Positions 9,555 through 19,282 are shown, counted from the stretch's first letter. The stretch is 64,000 nucleotides of DNA from Steroidobacteraceae bacterium (GCA_036401515.1 DASWUU010000155.1:8769-72768); one strand, 5' to 3'. Translations and numbers: made by a program. Notes: generated by a model not told the origin, from the sequence alone.

Positions 9555-10067
9555 ATGGACAATTTTGCGGTGAAGAGAACTACCGTGACTTTCTTCAGAG
9601 TCATTTGGCTCATGCCCTTGGCTTTGGCGTTGCACAACACCGAGGAATAGGTCGGCAACTTTCCGGGCTGGGTGTCAAATGTGCTAGGGGAATCGATGGA
9701 CCCAGATTCATCGCGCGTAACAGTGGACTTATGATTGGTCTTCTTGTGACGACAGCGTGGGCGTCAGCGGCTAGAAGTAAGCTTTCTGTGACCGTACTCA
9801 TCGCCTGGGCGAGCGCAAATCTATTTCGGGATTTTGTATACCACGTTCTGACTGTCGCCGTTTTTTGATCGGTACTCACCCGGTTTGGTCACGGCGACCT
9901 TTCTTTATTTTCCGCTGTCGTGCGCCGCGGCGAGAATTTGTTTGCGAGATCGGATAATTGCGCCACCCGCATGCGCCGGCGCGACCGGGGTCGGTGCGCT
10001 GCTAATGGCTATCGTTATTTGGGAGGTCTTTACCAGTTCGCGCTTTGAACGTCATACCGGATTGTGA
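9555..10067 (+). pseudogene. HXXEE-domain membrane protein, disrupted by an in-frame TAG and two frameshifts
   Basis: ATG 9555 gives MDNFAVKRTTVTFFRVIWLMPLALALHNTEE, then TAG (9648-9650), then VGNFPGWV. A second frame carries ...LIAWASANLFRDFVYHVLTVAVF. A third carries DRYSPGLVTATFLYFPLS..., the family's HxxEE ... H ... Y.PG..TA pattern. Confidence 0.6.
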
Positions 10068-10692
10068 GTTTGATCTTTGTCACAAATCTACCCCTTGTGA
10101 GAACAAAGAGACAACAGCCGCAGCGCCGAGGAAAGACGGGGTGATCCTCAATTAGTGATCCTCTTAAACCTTCGCGCATCTCTCGATAACAACCTCGAGC
10201 ATTCGCAAGCAGCATCTCGTGTTCACGGAACCAAATGCCGCGGTTCTCAACTCCTTTCCGCTTGCGCATCCTAAGCCTGGCAAGATCGTGCTCCTTGGAG
10301 AAGTCTGGGCGGATACCTCGTCCGCGAGCTGCCGCCTTCGACCCAACGCATCGATGGGTTCGTCTCCGTATGCAACCCAGCCCATAATTTTGCCGCGCCA
10401 GCGGCTGCCGGTTCGTATTATCCCTGCCCGGTGGCGGATCGCGCTTTGGCCTGTCGGGCCGTTGGGTTGGTCGATCGCCGCCGCTATCTGGCGCCGATCT
10501 ATTAGGGCGCGACGCACCAGGTCGACCCGATGGCGGGCGCGCATCGGGAGGTGGGGATCGCGATGGCGGTTTTGGCTGCGGTTGCGCTGGTGTTTGAGGC
10601 GGTGACTGCGTGGGGGGCCTCCTTGACTGCGGTCTTGGACGAGTTGGTGGCCGAATCGGATGCGGGCGCCGCGGCGGCGGCTGGCGATGCAG

Positions 10693-11075
10693 CTAGCGGT
10701 CGCGCTGCCCGTACCAAGGCCGGCCCGCATAGTACCGGCCCCAATAGTCACCGACGCTAAACAGTTCGATCGTGAGCCCAAGCCGCGGCCCATACTCAAT
10801 GATCGGTACACGCGAATTCTGATAGTCGTAGTAAAGACAGTTGGCGTACACCCCTCCGCGATTGCCTTCCGAGTCGACATCACACCAGGTCCAGTCCTCG
10901 ACGCAGCCATTCAGTTTGGCGGCAGGCTTATCACCAGCGGATAGTCGCTGCTGGGTCCCGCGCGCAGGTGCACTTCGCTGTGAGCGTGCGTGTAGGCGCC
11001 GTCGGCCAATGCCACTGGCACACAGAAGACCAAGACCAGGCTCAAGAGGGAAATCGCGGTGCATTTGCGACTCAT
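10693..11075 (-). pseudogene. secreted bacterial SH3-domain protein, frameshifted and apparently amber-truncated
   Basis: ATG 11075 gives signal peptide MSRKCTAISLLSLVLVFCVPVALA, then VHLRAGPSSDYPLVISLPPN* (TGA 10911-10913). The next frame carries KLNGCVEDWTWCDVDSEGNRGGVYANCLYYDYQNSRVPIIEYGPRLGL...GDYWGRYYAGRPWYGQRDR and ends at TAG 10693-10695. Confidence 0.55.
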
Positions 11076-11118
11076 CGGCCTTTCCATCTAAAACCACTTC
11101 ACCGCACCCGTCCTCATA

Positions 11119-11786
11119 TCATGCATGGCTGATAAGGCTGTTCAGTTTGCCGTCCTTTACCAGCGCCGCCAAAACCGGGCTGTGCATCGTCAGTCCGGCC
11201 GCCGAATCCTTGGCGTTGCGGCGAGCCACATTTTGCACGAATTTCTTGTTCTTGGAATTGCGCGCGCCTTCGATATCCGTGACCTCTTTGACGACCGGTC
11301 GAATCTTGGCGAGCGCGCTGGTGAGGTGGCCGAGCTGCACATCGTCAATCGCACCTTTGATGGCGCCGCTATCGGAATGCCCAAGTACGACGATAAGCAT
11401 GCGCCGGCCATCTGAGCGGTATACTCGAGGCTGCCAACAATATCCGTATTGACGAAATTGCCGGCCATCCGCACCGCAAAGATGTCGCCGAGGCGCTGAT
11501 CGAACACGAGTTCTGGTGGCACCCGGCTATCCATGCAGCCCAGAACGGCGGCGAACGGGGCTTGCCCACTCGCAGTGTCCTTCACCTGTGCCCGCAGATC
11601 ACAGTGAATCGTTAGACCCGTCAGGAAACGCGTGTTGCCTTCCTTGAGTCGAGGGAGCGCTTGCTCGGGTGTGGTCGCTGACTGTGTCGCCTTTGTGAAT
11701 ACAATGTAGGCTTCCTGCGGTTGGGCGCTGGCCGCACCTGAAGCCAGCACTCCGACTGTCGACAGAAAGTCTCGTCGCGTGGACAT
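11119..11786 (-). pseudogene. beta-class carbonic anhydrase (Tat signal), frameshifted, with zinc-ligand Cys replaced by Ser
   Basis: GGAGGT then ATG 11786. MSTRRDFLSTVGVLASGAASA (Tat leader), then GCMDSRVPPELVFDQRLGDIFAVRMAGN...SLEYTAQMAG. A frame change near 11400 leads to LIVVLGHSDSGAIKGA, where the family motif is HxxCG. The Ser codon AGC is at 11368-11370. Confidence 0.75.
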
Positions 11787-12124
11787 GTTACCTCCGCACT
11801 CAGTGCGACCGCGACATGCGCGATCTGATGTAACGCCGCCGAGGAAGACGTATACGCCGAAGTGTGCTTTGCGACGCACCCTTTATTTTTCTTCCGGAAT
11901 CAATTTGCGATAGCCAGCTAGCCCGCAAATCACAACTTGGCTAAACCGTTCTTGCGGCTGCTGGCGACGGAATTGACACAGAAATCTCATTCATCTACCT
12001 CGAGTCGCTACCGCCGCCCTGGTCACCAATCTTTGTCACCGCGTACTGCGCCCAGGTCAAGGCCAGTAACGATTGTCGCAAAACCTGAGTCCGAATCGCG
12101 GCCGCGAAGGACGCGTTGGTCGTG

Positions 12125-12538
12125 TCAGCCCGTTGTTGCGCCGCCGCGGCGAAAAGTGAGCCAATAGCCGCCGGCCAAGGCGATGATAAGGACTGCCAAT
12201 CCAATGATCGCGTTGGCTGGATATTCCTTTAAATTGACAGCTATAACTTTGCGCGCGACTGCGACCAGCGCTACGGACAGGATCACGTCTACGTGTACAG
12301 TATGATCCTGCTGATAAACCTTGACGGTATGAATCAGCTCTAGGCCGATTAATATTAGTAAAAGGTCCCCGAATATCTGAAATATCTGTTCGTTGGCCAT
12401 GGAACCGACCAGGAACACCGAGACGTTGCGTGCAAGGTCAATGGCGAAACTGACCGTGAGCATCACTACGACCACCGCCATCATCAAAAGCACTAGCCAG
12501 TTGATCGCGGATTCGAACTTTTCAACCCATTTCAACAT
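12125..12538 (-). CDS. PsiE-family (phosphate-starvation-inducible-like) inner-membrane protein
   Basis: Start at MLKWVEKF. Four hydrophobic segments, and ...LLILIGLELIHTVKVY...VHVDVILSVALVAVARKVI resembles the PsiE family. Confidence 0.6.
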   Translation of the reverse strand: MLKWVEKFESAINWLVLLMMAVVVVMLTVSFAIDLARNVSVFLVGSMANEQIFQIFGDLLLILIGLELIHTVKVYQQDHTVHVDVILSVALVAVARKVIAVNLKEYPANAIIGLAVLIIALAGGYWLTFRRGGATTG

Positions 12539-12765
12539 GCAATTACCTCTAACGGATTGCCGAGGCGCGTGCTCTGGTTGCCCCACGGCACAATCACCGC
12601 ACTTGCAATTAGCAGATCGTACCGAGAATCTATCATTGTTCGACGCGGGGTGGGAATGCCGCCGAGCGCCCCTTCTGACCGAGCAACGAGGGAAACCAGC
12701 CCGGGATCGGTTCGCACAAGAGCACGGTCGCGGTCAGCGGGTCATCCGGTGCCTCAACAGGCCGG

Positions 12766-13391
12766 TCACAATATTTGGCTGCTCCAGTGGCGTGAAATGC
12801 GCCGCAGCGCCAATGCGGTAAGTTCTGATCCAGGACTCTCCTGCGCTAACAGCTCATGGGCTGCTGGCGTAGTGCGGCGATCCTTACGACCAACCAACAG
12901 GATGATCGGGCAGTGAATCTGCCCTAAACCCGTAAACGGTCCGTCTATCGCGAGGAGCGCTCGCATCTGCCATAGACCAGCGTCCTTGCCAACAGTTCTT
13001 GCCATCTCGAGGAAGCATCGCTTCAACACCGGATCGCGAGCGTGGTCAGCTGAGAAATAGGTCGGATAGCTGCCCTCGAGGTAACCGTCAAAACCTCCCC
13101 GCTCGATGGTCTCGATGGCACGGCGAAGGACGGTAGCTACGGGAAGAGGCAGGCCGCCATGCGTCGCGCTCAAAAGCGCCAACCGTTCAAGCCGTGCGCT
13201 GGAAGCGCTCATGATTTCGAGCGCCACCTGGCTACCCAGAGAAAAGCCCGGATGACAAAAGCGTTTAGGAATTCTTTCGATAACGGCCGAGGCCATCTCC
13301 GTTAAGGTTTTCCCTCCGTAAGCTCAGGTACGATGATGAGCGCATAACCCGCTAGATCCTCAATCTGACTTCTCCACAATTCCGATTGCAT
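12766..13391 (-). pseudogene. alpha/beta hydrolase relic (N-terminus lost, frameshift near 13300)
   Basis: The 176-aa ORF starts just before the nucleophile elbow (HPGFSLGSQVAL). An upstream piece in another frame reads LWRSQIEDLAGYALIIVPELTEGKP. The first ~40 codons have no room, because the neighbouring relic starts at 13390. Confidence 0.5.
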
Positions 13392-14407
13392 GCGCAAATC
13401 GATCACAGCAAGACTACTACTGATCCTCGCCGGCAAACTGTCTGTGCTTTTCGGCAACGCAGCGTCCGCCCAAAGTGCCTTCTACTCGGTCGATAATTCC
13501 GACATACGTCCTACGCGAATTGTGCGTTAATTTGTTCTGAGCCGATCTATGGCGTTCCAGAAGGCACTTCGCCTTATCGGGTGCTCTACCGCTCAGAGGG
13601 GCTGCATGGCGAACCTATCGCGGTTTCAGGCGTCGTGATCGTTCCTGCGGGATCGATTCCTCCGGCGGGCCGCCAAATTGTTGCGAGGGCGCACCCCACG
13701 ACTGGAATCGTCTCCGAATGCGCCCCGTCGCTCACTTGCGTGTTTTTCTGGACGATTCAAGGTCTGCGCGACATGCTACAGCGTGGTTACGTAGTTGCGG
13801 CGACCGACTACCCGGGCCTCGGTACTGCTGGGCCGCACCCGTACCTGGTGGGAATCAGCGAGGGCCGAGCGGTGCTCGACTCCGTGCGTGTCGCGCGCCT
13901 CATGCGTGGTGCCGGTGGTGGCCGAGCGTTCGCCGTTTGGCGTCATTCCCAGCTCTCCGATGACCTTAACACGACCAGCGGAAAGAACGTCACTGCGATG
14001 GCCCTTTGGTCGTGGTCCCGTGTTTACGGAGCGCCCTTGTTCAATGTCGTCCGTCCGGCGGCGGTGCCAGCGATCAATGAATTGGCAGGAAAGTGCATTG
14101 AGCGCTTCTTCGATCTGATAGCACGTCGCGGTCCCTCAAAAAGAACTCGATCGCAGTTTTTGAAGGTGAACAATTTTCAGATGTCCAACCGTGGCGCGAT
14201 CTGCTTGCGAGCACCACGGCCGAGAGCCTTCCGCCGAACATCCCAGTTTTCCTTGCTCAAGGCACCAAGGACAACCTGATTCTGCCGAAGGTGACACAGG
14301 CCTACATGTCCATCTTGTGCAAAGCTGGAAGTCCCGTCCAGTGGTATCTAGTGCCGGGCGTTGGACACCCCTTCGTGGCTCGTGACAGCGCCACAGCTGC
14401 GCCGTGA
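13390..14407 (+). pseudogene. secretory-lipase-family (LIP-type) alpha/beta hydrolase relic
   Basis: ATG 13390 gives signal peptide MRKSITARLLLILAGKLSVLFGNAASA. Frameshift near 13500-13525, then SEPIYGVPEGTSPYRVLYRSEGLHGEPIAVSGVVIVP...AHPTTGIVSECAPS...ATDYPGLGTAGPHPYLVG. The elbow reads RHSQLS instead of GHSQGG, with residues after it missing. Frameshift near 14170, then QPWRDLL...IPVFLAQGTKDNLILP...VPGVGHPF. Confidence 0.6.
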
Positions 14408-15439
14408 ACTGAAAGTCGCGCCCTGAGCAGAAACGTAGCTCGATACACTCAACGCGCTGGGCATGATGAGGGCTGGATGTTATGCGCGCGGCTGAGGCCA
14501 GCCGCGACGTTGCCGTCATCGGTACGGATTCGGTGCAGCTCTTTGCTCTTTGAGCAGATCGATTCTCTCGTTCGTCAATCAACGCTACGCCTTTTACATC
14601 GGTATTTAGGACTGTTTGCCGCGCGGGTCACAAACACGGAGACGATTCCGTAAATGCCGGGTAGGGGGTCTCACCGGAGTCGCTCTACGAGCCACCGCGC
14701 GAGCGCAGCGCGTTGTGCACTTTCCACCTTAAGCCTGGCGGCCGGCTACCATTTATGTGGCTTTCGATCTCTCCTTCAGCCACTTCGGAAATCGCCACTC
14801 ACTCAACATCCCGGTAGGCCCTGTCAAATCGTACCTAGGGCGTGCACCTGCCGCCCGTATCACGATGGCAGGACCTTATATCGTCCAAGCGTGCGGTTGT
14901 GCTTCCGACAAGCGTCCGGATTAAAACGTTGGAAGAGATCGCTAAGGAATTCCCCAACAGCAAGTGGATGCAGATGTCTGCTAGCGCATCGGCTAAAACC
15001 AGCAGTGAGGAACTACGGTGGCAGGGATTCGTGAGAAATAGAAAAGCTAGTTCTTTTCTTGGTCGTTCATGCTCCGTGAAGGTTTTGGCGAATAGCGCCC
15101 ATGCTGCGGCCAAACACCGGCTCCGACCGTTCAGCCGCAATAACCGCGCCTCTGCCAGCGCTCCGCTTAAGATTCTGAGGTACGCGAGTTCTATGCCTTT
15201 GCAATTGGATTCACAGGTGAAACATTGCCGCGCCCATGTCTGGCGCAGAGACGTCCTATTCATCATGCGATCCCGGACCAGGCTGCAGCCCTGTCCCTGC
15301 CAGAATTGTTATTGTCCCCACCGAGTGCACGGCAAAAGCTTCTCAGGAGGGAACCCTTCCTAAGCTTGAATAGCAGTAATCCATACGCTGTGAACCACAC
15401 TAGCTGCACTACTCCTGTAGAGCGTTGGTAAAACCGCTC

Positions 15440-16010
15440 GCAAATATTATGCCGCTGGAAAATGGCGTCAGCAGCACATAATCTCGTCGGTGACACCGGG
15501 AAAGACAAGGCGTGCAACCCAGTTCAGCGGTTCGCTGCTGCGCGAGCGCTGCATCTAGCGCCGCTTGATCCGCAAACATGGTTCGTCGTTATCCAATTTT
15601 GCGATTGCGCGATCGCCTATTTCTTGGCCAATCGCGTATCTCGCGCCACATTGAGTTTGGAATTGCCTAGATTGGCCACTGCGCGCCAGCCAACCTCGCC
15701 TTGGCTTGATCGAGGCCGGCGCATAGAGGCCGCGGGTCGATCTCAAAGAGAAGTTGGCCCTTAGTGACAAAATAGCCCTCCTTTGTAATTACGCTTGACG
15801 ATTTAGCCGGACACTCTGGGCGAAATCTGCGCGTTCACGGGACCGTTCAATGCGCTATCCTTTCGCCACAGATCGCAACATCACGCTGTTCTACCGTCGT
15901 CACCAATACTGGCGGCGGCTTTTGCGCGCCCGGCACTTTGCTAGAGTGACAGCCCTCCGACAAAGCACCAGTGCGAACAATAGCGCGCCTGAGCTTCTCA
16001 CCCTGGCGAG
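15440..16010 (-). pseudogene. RND/HlyD-type periplasmic adaptor (membrane fusion protein) relic
   Basis: One minus frame reads AQKPPPVLVTTVEQRDVAICGERIAH*TVP*TRRFRPECPAKSSSVITKEGYFVTKGQLLFEIDPRPLCAGLDQAKARLAGAQ, with in-frame TGAs at 15847-15849 and 15835-15837. Downstream pieces are scattered over other frames. It may extend to about 14830. No RND pump gene follows. Confidence 0.55.
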
Positions 16011-16153
16011 GGGGATCACTCGGCTATTATCTTCGCTTGATTGTCGAATGCGTGCATGTAAGTACTCCCTGAATGGGAGGAAAACAATGCTGAGATAAGC
16101 GAGGTCTAGGCCTCTCCGCTTCATGGCGCGGGTAGGCCCCGTCAAACTCATCT

Positions 16154-17263
16154 TCAATCTTGAAATATCAGCAATACATACGCCGCAAATAACACGATAT
16201 GCACCCCGCCCTGCAGAACATTGGTACGACCGCTCGCAAATGTGATACCGCTGGAAAACAGTGTCAACAGCAACATCACGATGTCGGTATGCTCAAGACC
16301 TAAAACAAAATGCCTGCCAGTGAGATTTCCTATGATCAGCATGGCTGGAATGGTCAGACCAATGGTGGATAGCACCGAACCTAAAAATATATTCATTGAC
16401 CGCTGCAGCTGATTGGCCATCGCCGCGCGGACAGCGCCGAGCCCCTCCGGCGTCGCTACGAGCACGGCTATGATCACTCCTCCGAGAGCGGTGGGCGCCT
16501 TTAAGTTCTCAATGACATAACTGATCGGCTGAGCGAGTAAGTCAGCCATGTAAATGATGGGAACTAGATAGCCCAGCAACAATAATCCGCTGATGGTGGC
16601 TGACCTGTCATCGCTGACCGATTTAAGCTGGGGAGCGGGTTCTCGGGTAGGAGTTTGATCAAATAGCTGATGATGCCGCCCGGTCTGAAGCGCTAGAAAA
16701 GCGCAGTACAGCCCGCTTGCAATCACAACCAGAAACATTTGCTGGTCGAAGGATAGAGTTGGACCTGGGGTCGTGCGCGTAAAATCCGGCATGATGAGGC
16801 TTAAGACCGCTAGCGGCACGATAACGCTCAAATAGGCATTGGCCCCTTGCAGGTTGTAGTCTTGTTCTTTGTGTATCCACCCTCCCAACAAGAGTGACAT
16901 TCCAACCATCCCATTGAGAATGATCATGATGACGGCGAACAGGGTCTCGCGAACGAGAGTAGGGTTTCCCTCACCATGCAACATGACGGCCGATATGCTG
17001 GCCACTTCGATGGCTGTTACCGATAAGGTGAGTATCAGCGTACCGAAGGGCTCGCCGAGCCGATGGGCAAGGTGTTCTGCATGCCGAACTACCGCCACGG
17101 ACGCAACGAGGATAAGACCAAATAGCCATACAAAAGTCAGGCTAATCCAAGGCACGCCCATGACGGTACGCGTGAGGGGCTCTCCCCCGCTCAAAAATAC
17201 CAACGAAGTCGCGACGCTCAAAGCGAGCGGCCATTCTTTTTTCCATCGATTACCCCGGATCAC
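16154..17263 (-). CDS. Ca2+/H+ (cation/proton) antiporter, CaCA family (ChaA-like)
   Basis: 369-aa polytopic ORF. GEPFGTLILTLSVTAIEVASISAVML and GGVIIAVLVATPEGLGAVRAA look like paired alpha-repeat motifs. Confidence 0.75.
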   Translation of the reverse strand: MIRGNRWKKEWPLALSVATSLVFLSGGEPLTRTVMGVPWISLTFVWLFGLILVASVAVVRHAEHLAHRLGEPFGTLILTLSVTAIEVASISAVMLHGEGNPTLVRETLFAVIMIILNGMVGMSLLLGGWIHKEQDYNLQGANAYLSVIVPLAVLSLIMPDFTRTTPGPTLSFDQQMFLVVIASGLYCAFLALQTGRHHQLFDQTPTREPAPQLKSVSDDRSATISGLLLLGYLVPIIYMADLLAQPISYVIENLKAPTALGGVIIAVLVATPEGLGAVRAAMANQLQRSMNIFLGSVLSTIGLTIPAMLIIGNLTGRHFVLGLEHTDIVMLLLTLFSSGITFASGRTNVLQGGVHIVLFAAYVLLIFQD

Positions 17264-17422
17264 CTGACCACCCCCGGGGAATGCGATTCATGTTCAGGGG
17301 CTCCAGCAACAGTGCAAATCGGCGGACAGCAGTGACCGCGAGCGAAACTCTACCAAGAGTTGAGAGCACGGCGCCGCGTTGTCCCTCGGCCTCCCTCGCG
17401 CCTCGATAACTCCGGTACCTAA

Positions 17423-17761
17423 CTAAGGAGCGTCAAAACCATACCCTAGATCATCAATCTGCACGACCGTGCCATTTTCAATTCTAACTCGCTGCATTAA
17501 CTGATTGGGGCCGAAGTTGTAGGTCCAGATCTGCGCGTCGGTATCCCCGGAGGAGCTCGATATATCACCCTCCCTCCCGGCTCGTTCGTCACGGCCGCCG
17601 TACGAGGAGCTTCTGCTAATCTGGACAGGGTCTCCGCAAAAAGCAGTAAGTTCGGCGCTGCTGCTGCCCCGCAGTATCAGGCGGCTGCCGCAGCGAATTC
17701 CCTCCGCCATCAGGATGGATGGTAAACACGCCAAAATAGCGAAAGCGGATAAGGTTTTCAT
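17423..17761 (-). CDS. DUF2845-family exported protein (paralog a)
   Basis: Start at MKTLSAFAILACLPSILMA (signal). Then CGSRLILRGSSSAELTAFCGDP ... WTYNFGPNQLMQRVRIENGTVVQIDDLGYG. Confidence 0.7.
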   Translation of the reverse strand: MKTLSAFAILACLPSILMAEGIRCGSRLILRGSSSAELTAFCGDPVQISRSSSYGGRDERAGREGDISSSSGDTDAQIWTYNFGPNQLMQRVRIENGTVVQIDDLGYGFDAP

Positions 17762-17933
17762 CCGCCAGACACTAATAGATTGATTATCCACAATCAATCC
17801 CTTCTAGGCTTCTCTTCAGCCATTGCTCGCTGTTTAAGCCACCTTTATTATGCGGGACGCGGGCGCTGGCAAAAAGCCCCTAGAAATCTGCGTGATACGT
17901 AAGATAGCTGCCTCGTTTCAAGGAGATAGAGAG

Positions 17934-18593
17934 ATGAAATTTTCAGTAGTATTGGCCGCAACTCTTGTAATGAGCAGCCTTGTAATGCGCGCCGCCGAGC
18001 CCCCGGCACCCTCGCCTCAAGAAGAGGAGGGCCTGGTGGCCGTCAAGGTTAGTGGTCTTGACCATGTCTACGCGCGGCCCGGTGCCAACTTAAGCGATTA
18101 CGATAAAGTCATGCTCGATCCCGTTGAGGTTTCATTCAGAAAGGACTGGAAGCCCGACCGGGCCGGTGGCCCCATCACTGCCTCGGAAAGAGTGACAATC
18201 AAGGACGGTCTGGCAAAGATTTTTCGCGAGGAGCTAACAAAAGAAATCCAACAGTCCGCCGGCTATAAAATCGTTAGCAAACCAGATGCAAACGTGTTGC
18301 GAATCCGAGCTGAGATTCGGGATCTTTATATTAATGCCCCGGACGTGCCGCGGGCCGGCCCCACTCGAATGTATGCTCTGTCGGTGGGGGAGATGAGATT
18401 GGTCGCCGAGCTACGCGATGGCCCTACAGGCGCGTTAATTGCGCGCGTGGTTGACCTTAAGAGAGATCCCGATGCGCCTTGGCTCCATCTTACAACGCAA
18501 GTTGATAATGTTGCCGCGGCACGCAGAGCGATCGCCGATTGGGCGCAGATTTTGCGGCGACAATTAGACGCCGCACATGGTCTGAAGAATTAG
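17934..18593 (+). CDS. DUF3313-family exported protein
   Basis: AGGAGATAGAGAG then ATG 17934. Signal MKFSVVLAATLVMSSLVMRAA. The body (VSGLDHVYARPGANLSDYDKVMLDPVEVSF..., RVTIKDGLAKIFREEL) resembles DUF3313 lipoprotein-like proteins. Confidence 0.65.
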   Translation: MKFSVVLAATLVMSSLVMRAAEPPAPSPQEEEGLVAVKVSGLDHVYARPGANLSDYDKVMLDPVEVSFRKDWKPDRAGGPITASERVTIKDGLAKIFREELTKEIQQSAGYKIVSKPDANVLRIRAEIRDLYINAPDVPRAGPTRMYALSVGEMRLVAELRDGPTGALIARVVDLKRDPDAPWLHLTTQVDNVAAARRAIADWAQILRRQLDAAHGLKN

Positions 18594-18725
18594 TCGCACT
18601 GGACCTACTCTATATTTGATAACGTAAGTAACTCCATGCCGCGCACAGTTCTCACGCGAAATCTGGACGTCATCCTATGGTTAGTCTCATATCGAACCCG
18701 ACCATTGCCATGTGAGAATAAATGA

Positions 18726-19058
18726 ATGATAAAGGGCCTCGTGCTTGCCATGTCCGTGTTAACACCGTCTCTTGCAATCGCGAATTTTATCGAATGCGGC
18801 GGTCGCATGATCTCTCGGGGGTCCAGCAGCGCTGAGGTTGCCGCGCTTTGTGGGAAGCCTGCTCAGGTGGATGATAATTCGGTGTTAATCGGTGTAGCTG
18901 CTCCGACTGCGGGCGAACCTAATGCAATTGCGGGCTCGGTGTCTCGGCAAAAGATCGAAACCTGGACCTACAATTTTGGTCCCGACAGTCTCATGGAGCG
19001 AATCCATTTTGTCGACGGACGAGTTACCGAGATCGAAGATCTAGGATACGGGTACTGA
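18726..19058 (+). CDS. DUF2845-family exported protein (paralog b)
   Basis: MIKGLVLAMSVLTPSLAIA (signal). Then CGGRMISRGSSSAEVAALCGKP ... WTYNFGPDSLMERIHFVDGRVTEIEDLGYGY. The frame motifs match paralog a. Confidence 0.7.
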   Translation: MIKGLVLAMSVLTPSLAIANFIECGGRMISRGSSSAEVAALCGKPAQVDDNSVLIGVAAPTAGEPNAIAGSVSRQKIETWTYNFGPDSLMERIHFVDGRVTEIEDLGYGY

Positions 19059-19282
19059 TGCTGTGCACGGTAACCGCTAGTGAGGTCCCGCCAACAGCGC
19101 ATCAGCATTGGCGCGGCCCCTGTCTTTTCGAGCACGGTGAAAAAGGTCGGGATGACATCAGATTTCAGATTAGCCCTGAGCGCGCACCGGCGCTCGTGGA
19201 TGTGTTAACCTGACACCGTGTCGGTAGCGAGTTATTCCGCCCTCTGATCGGTCACATACTCGTCTCTTCACGCGTTTGCGCC

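Noticed and set aside
9648-10695. Two in-frame TAG codons (9648-9650 and 10693-10695) as evidence for amber recoding or suppression (for example pyrrolysine).
   Set aside because: Both genes also carry frameshifts. Other relics here use TGA or TAA as premature stops, no pyl-type genes are present, and many intact genes in the window terminate normally. Ordinary nonsense mutations are the simpler reading.
17264-17422. Leader of the Ca2+/H+ antiporter gene as a metal riboswitch (yybP-ykoY-like).
   Set aside because: I could not find the conserved core sequences or the four-way pairing by eye. This would need an Infernal scan.
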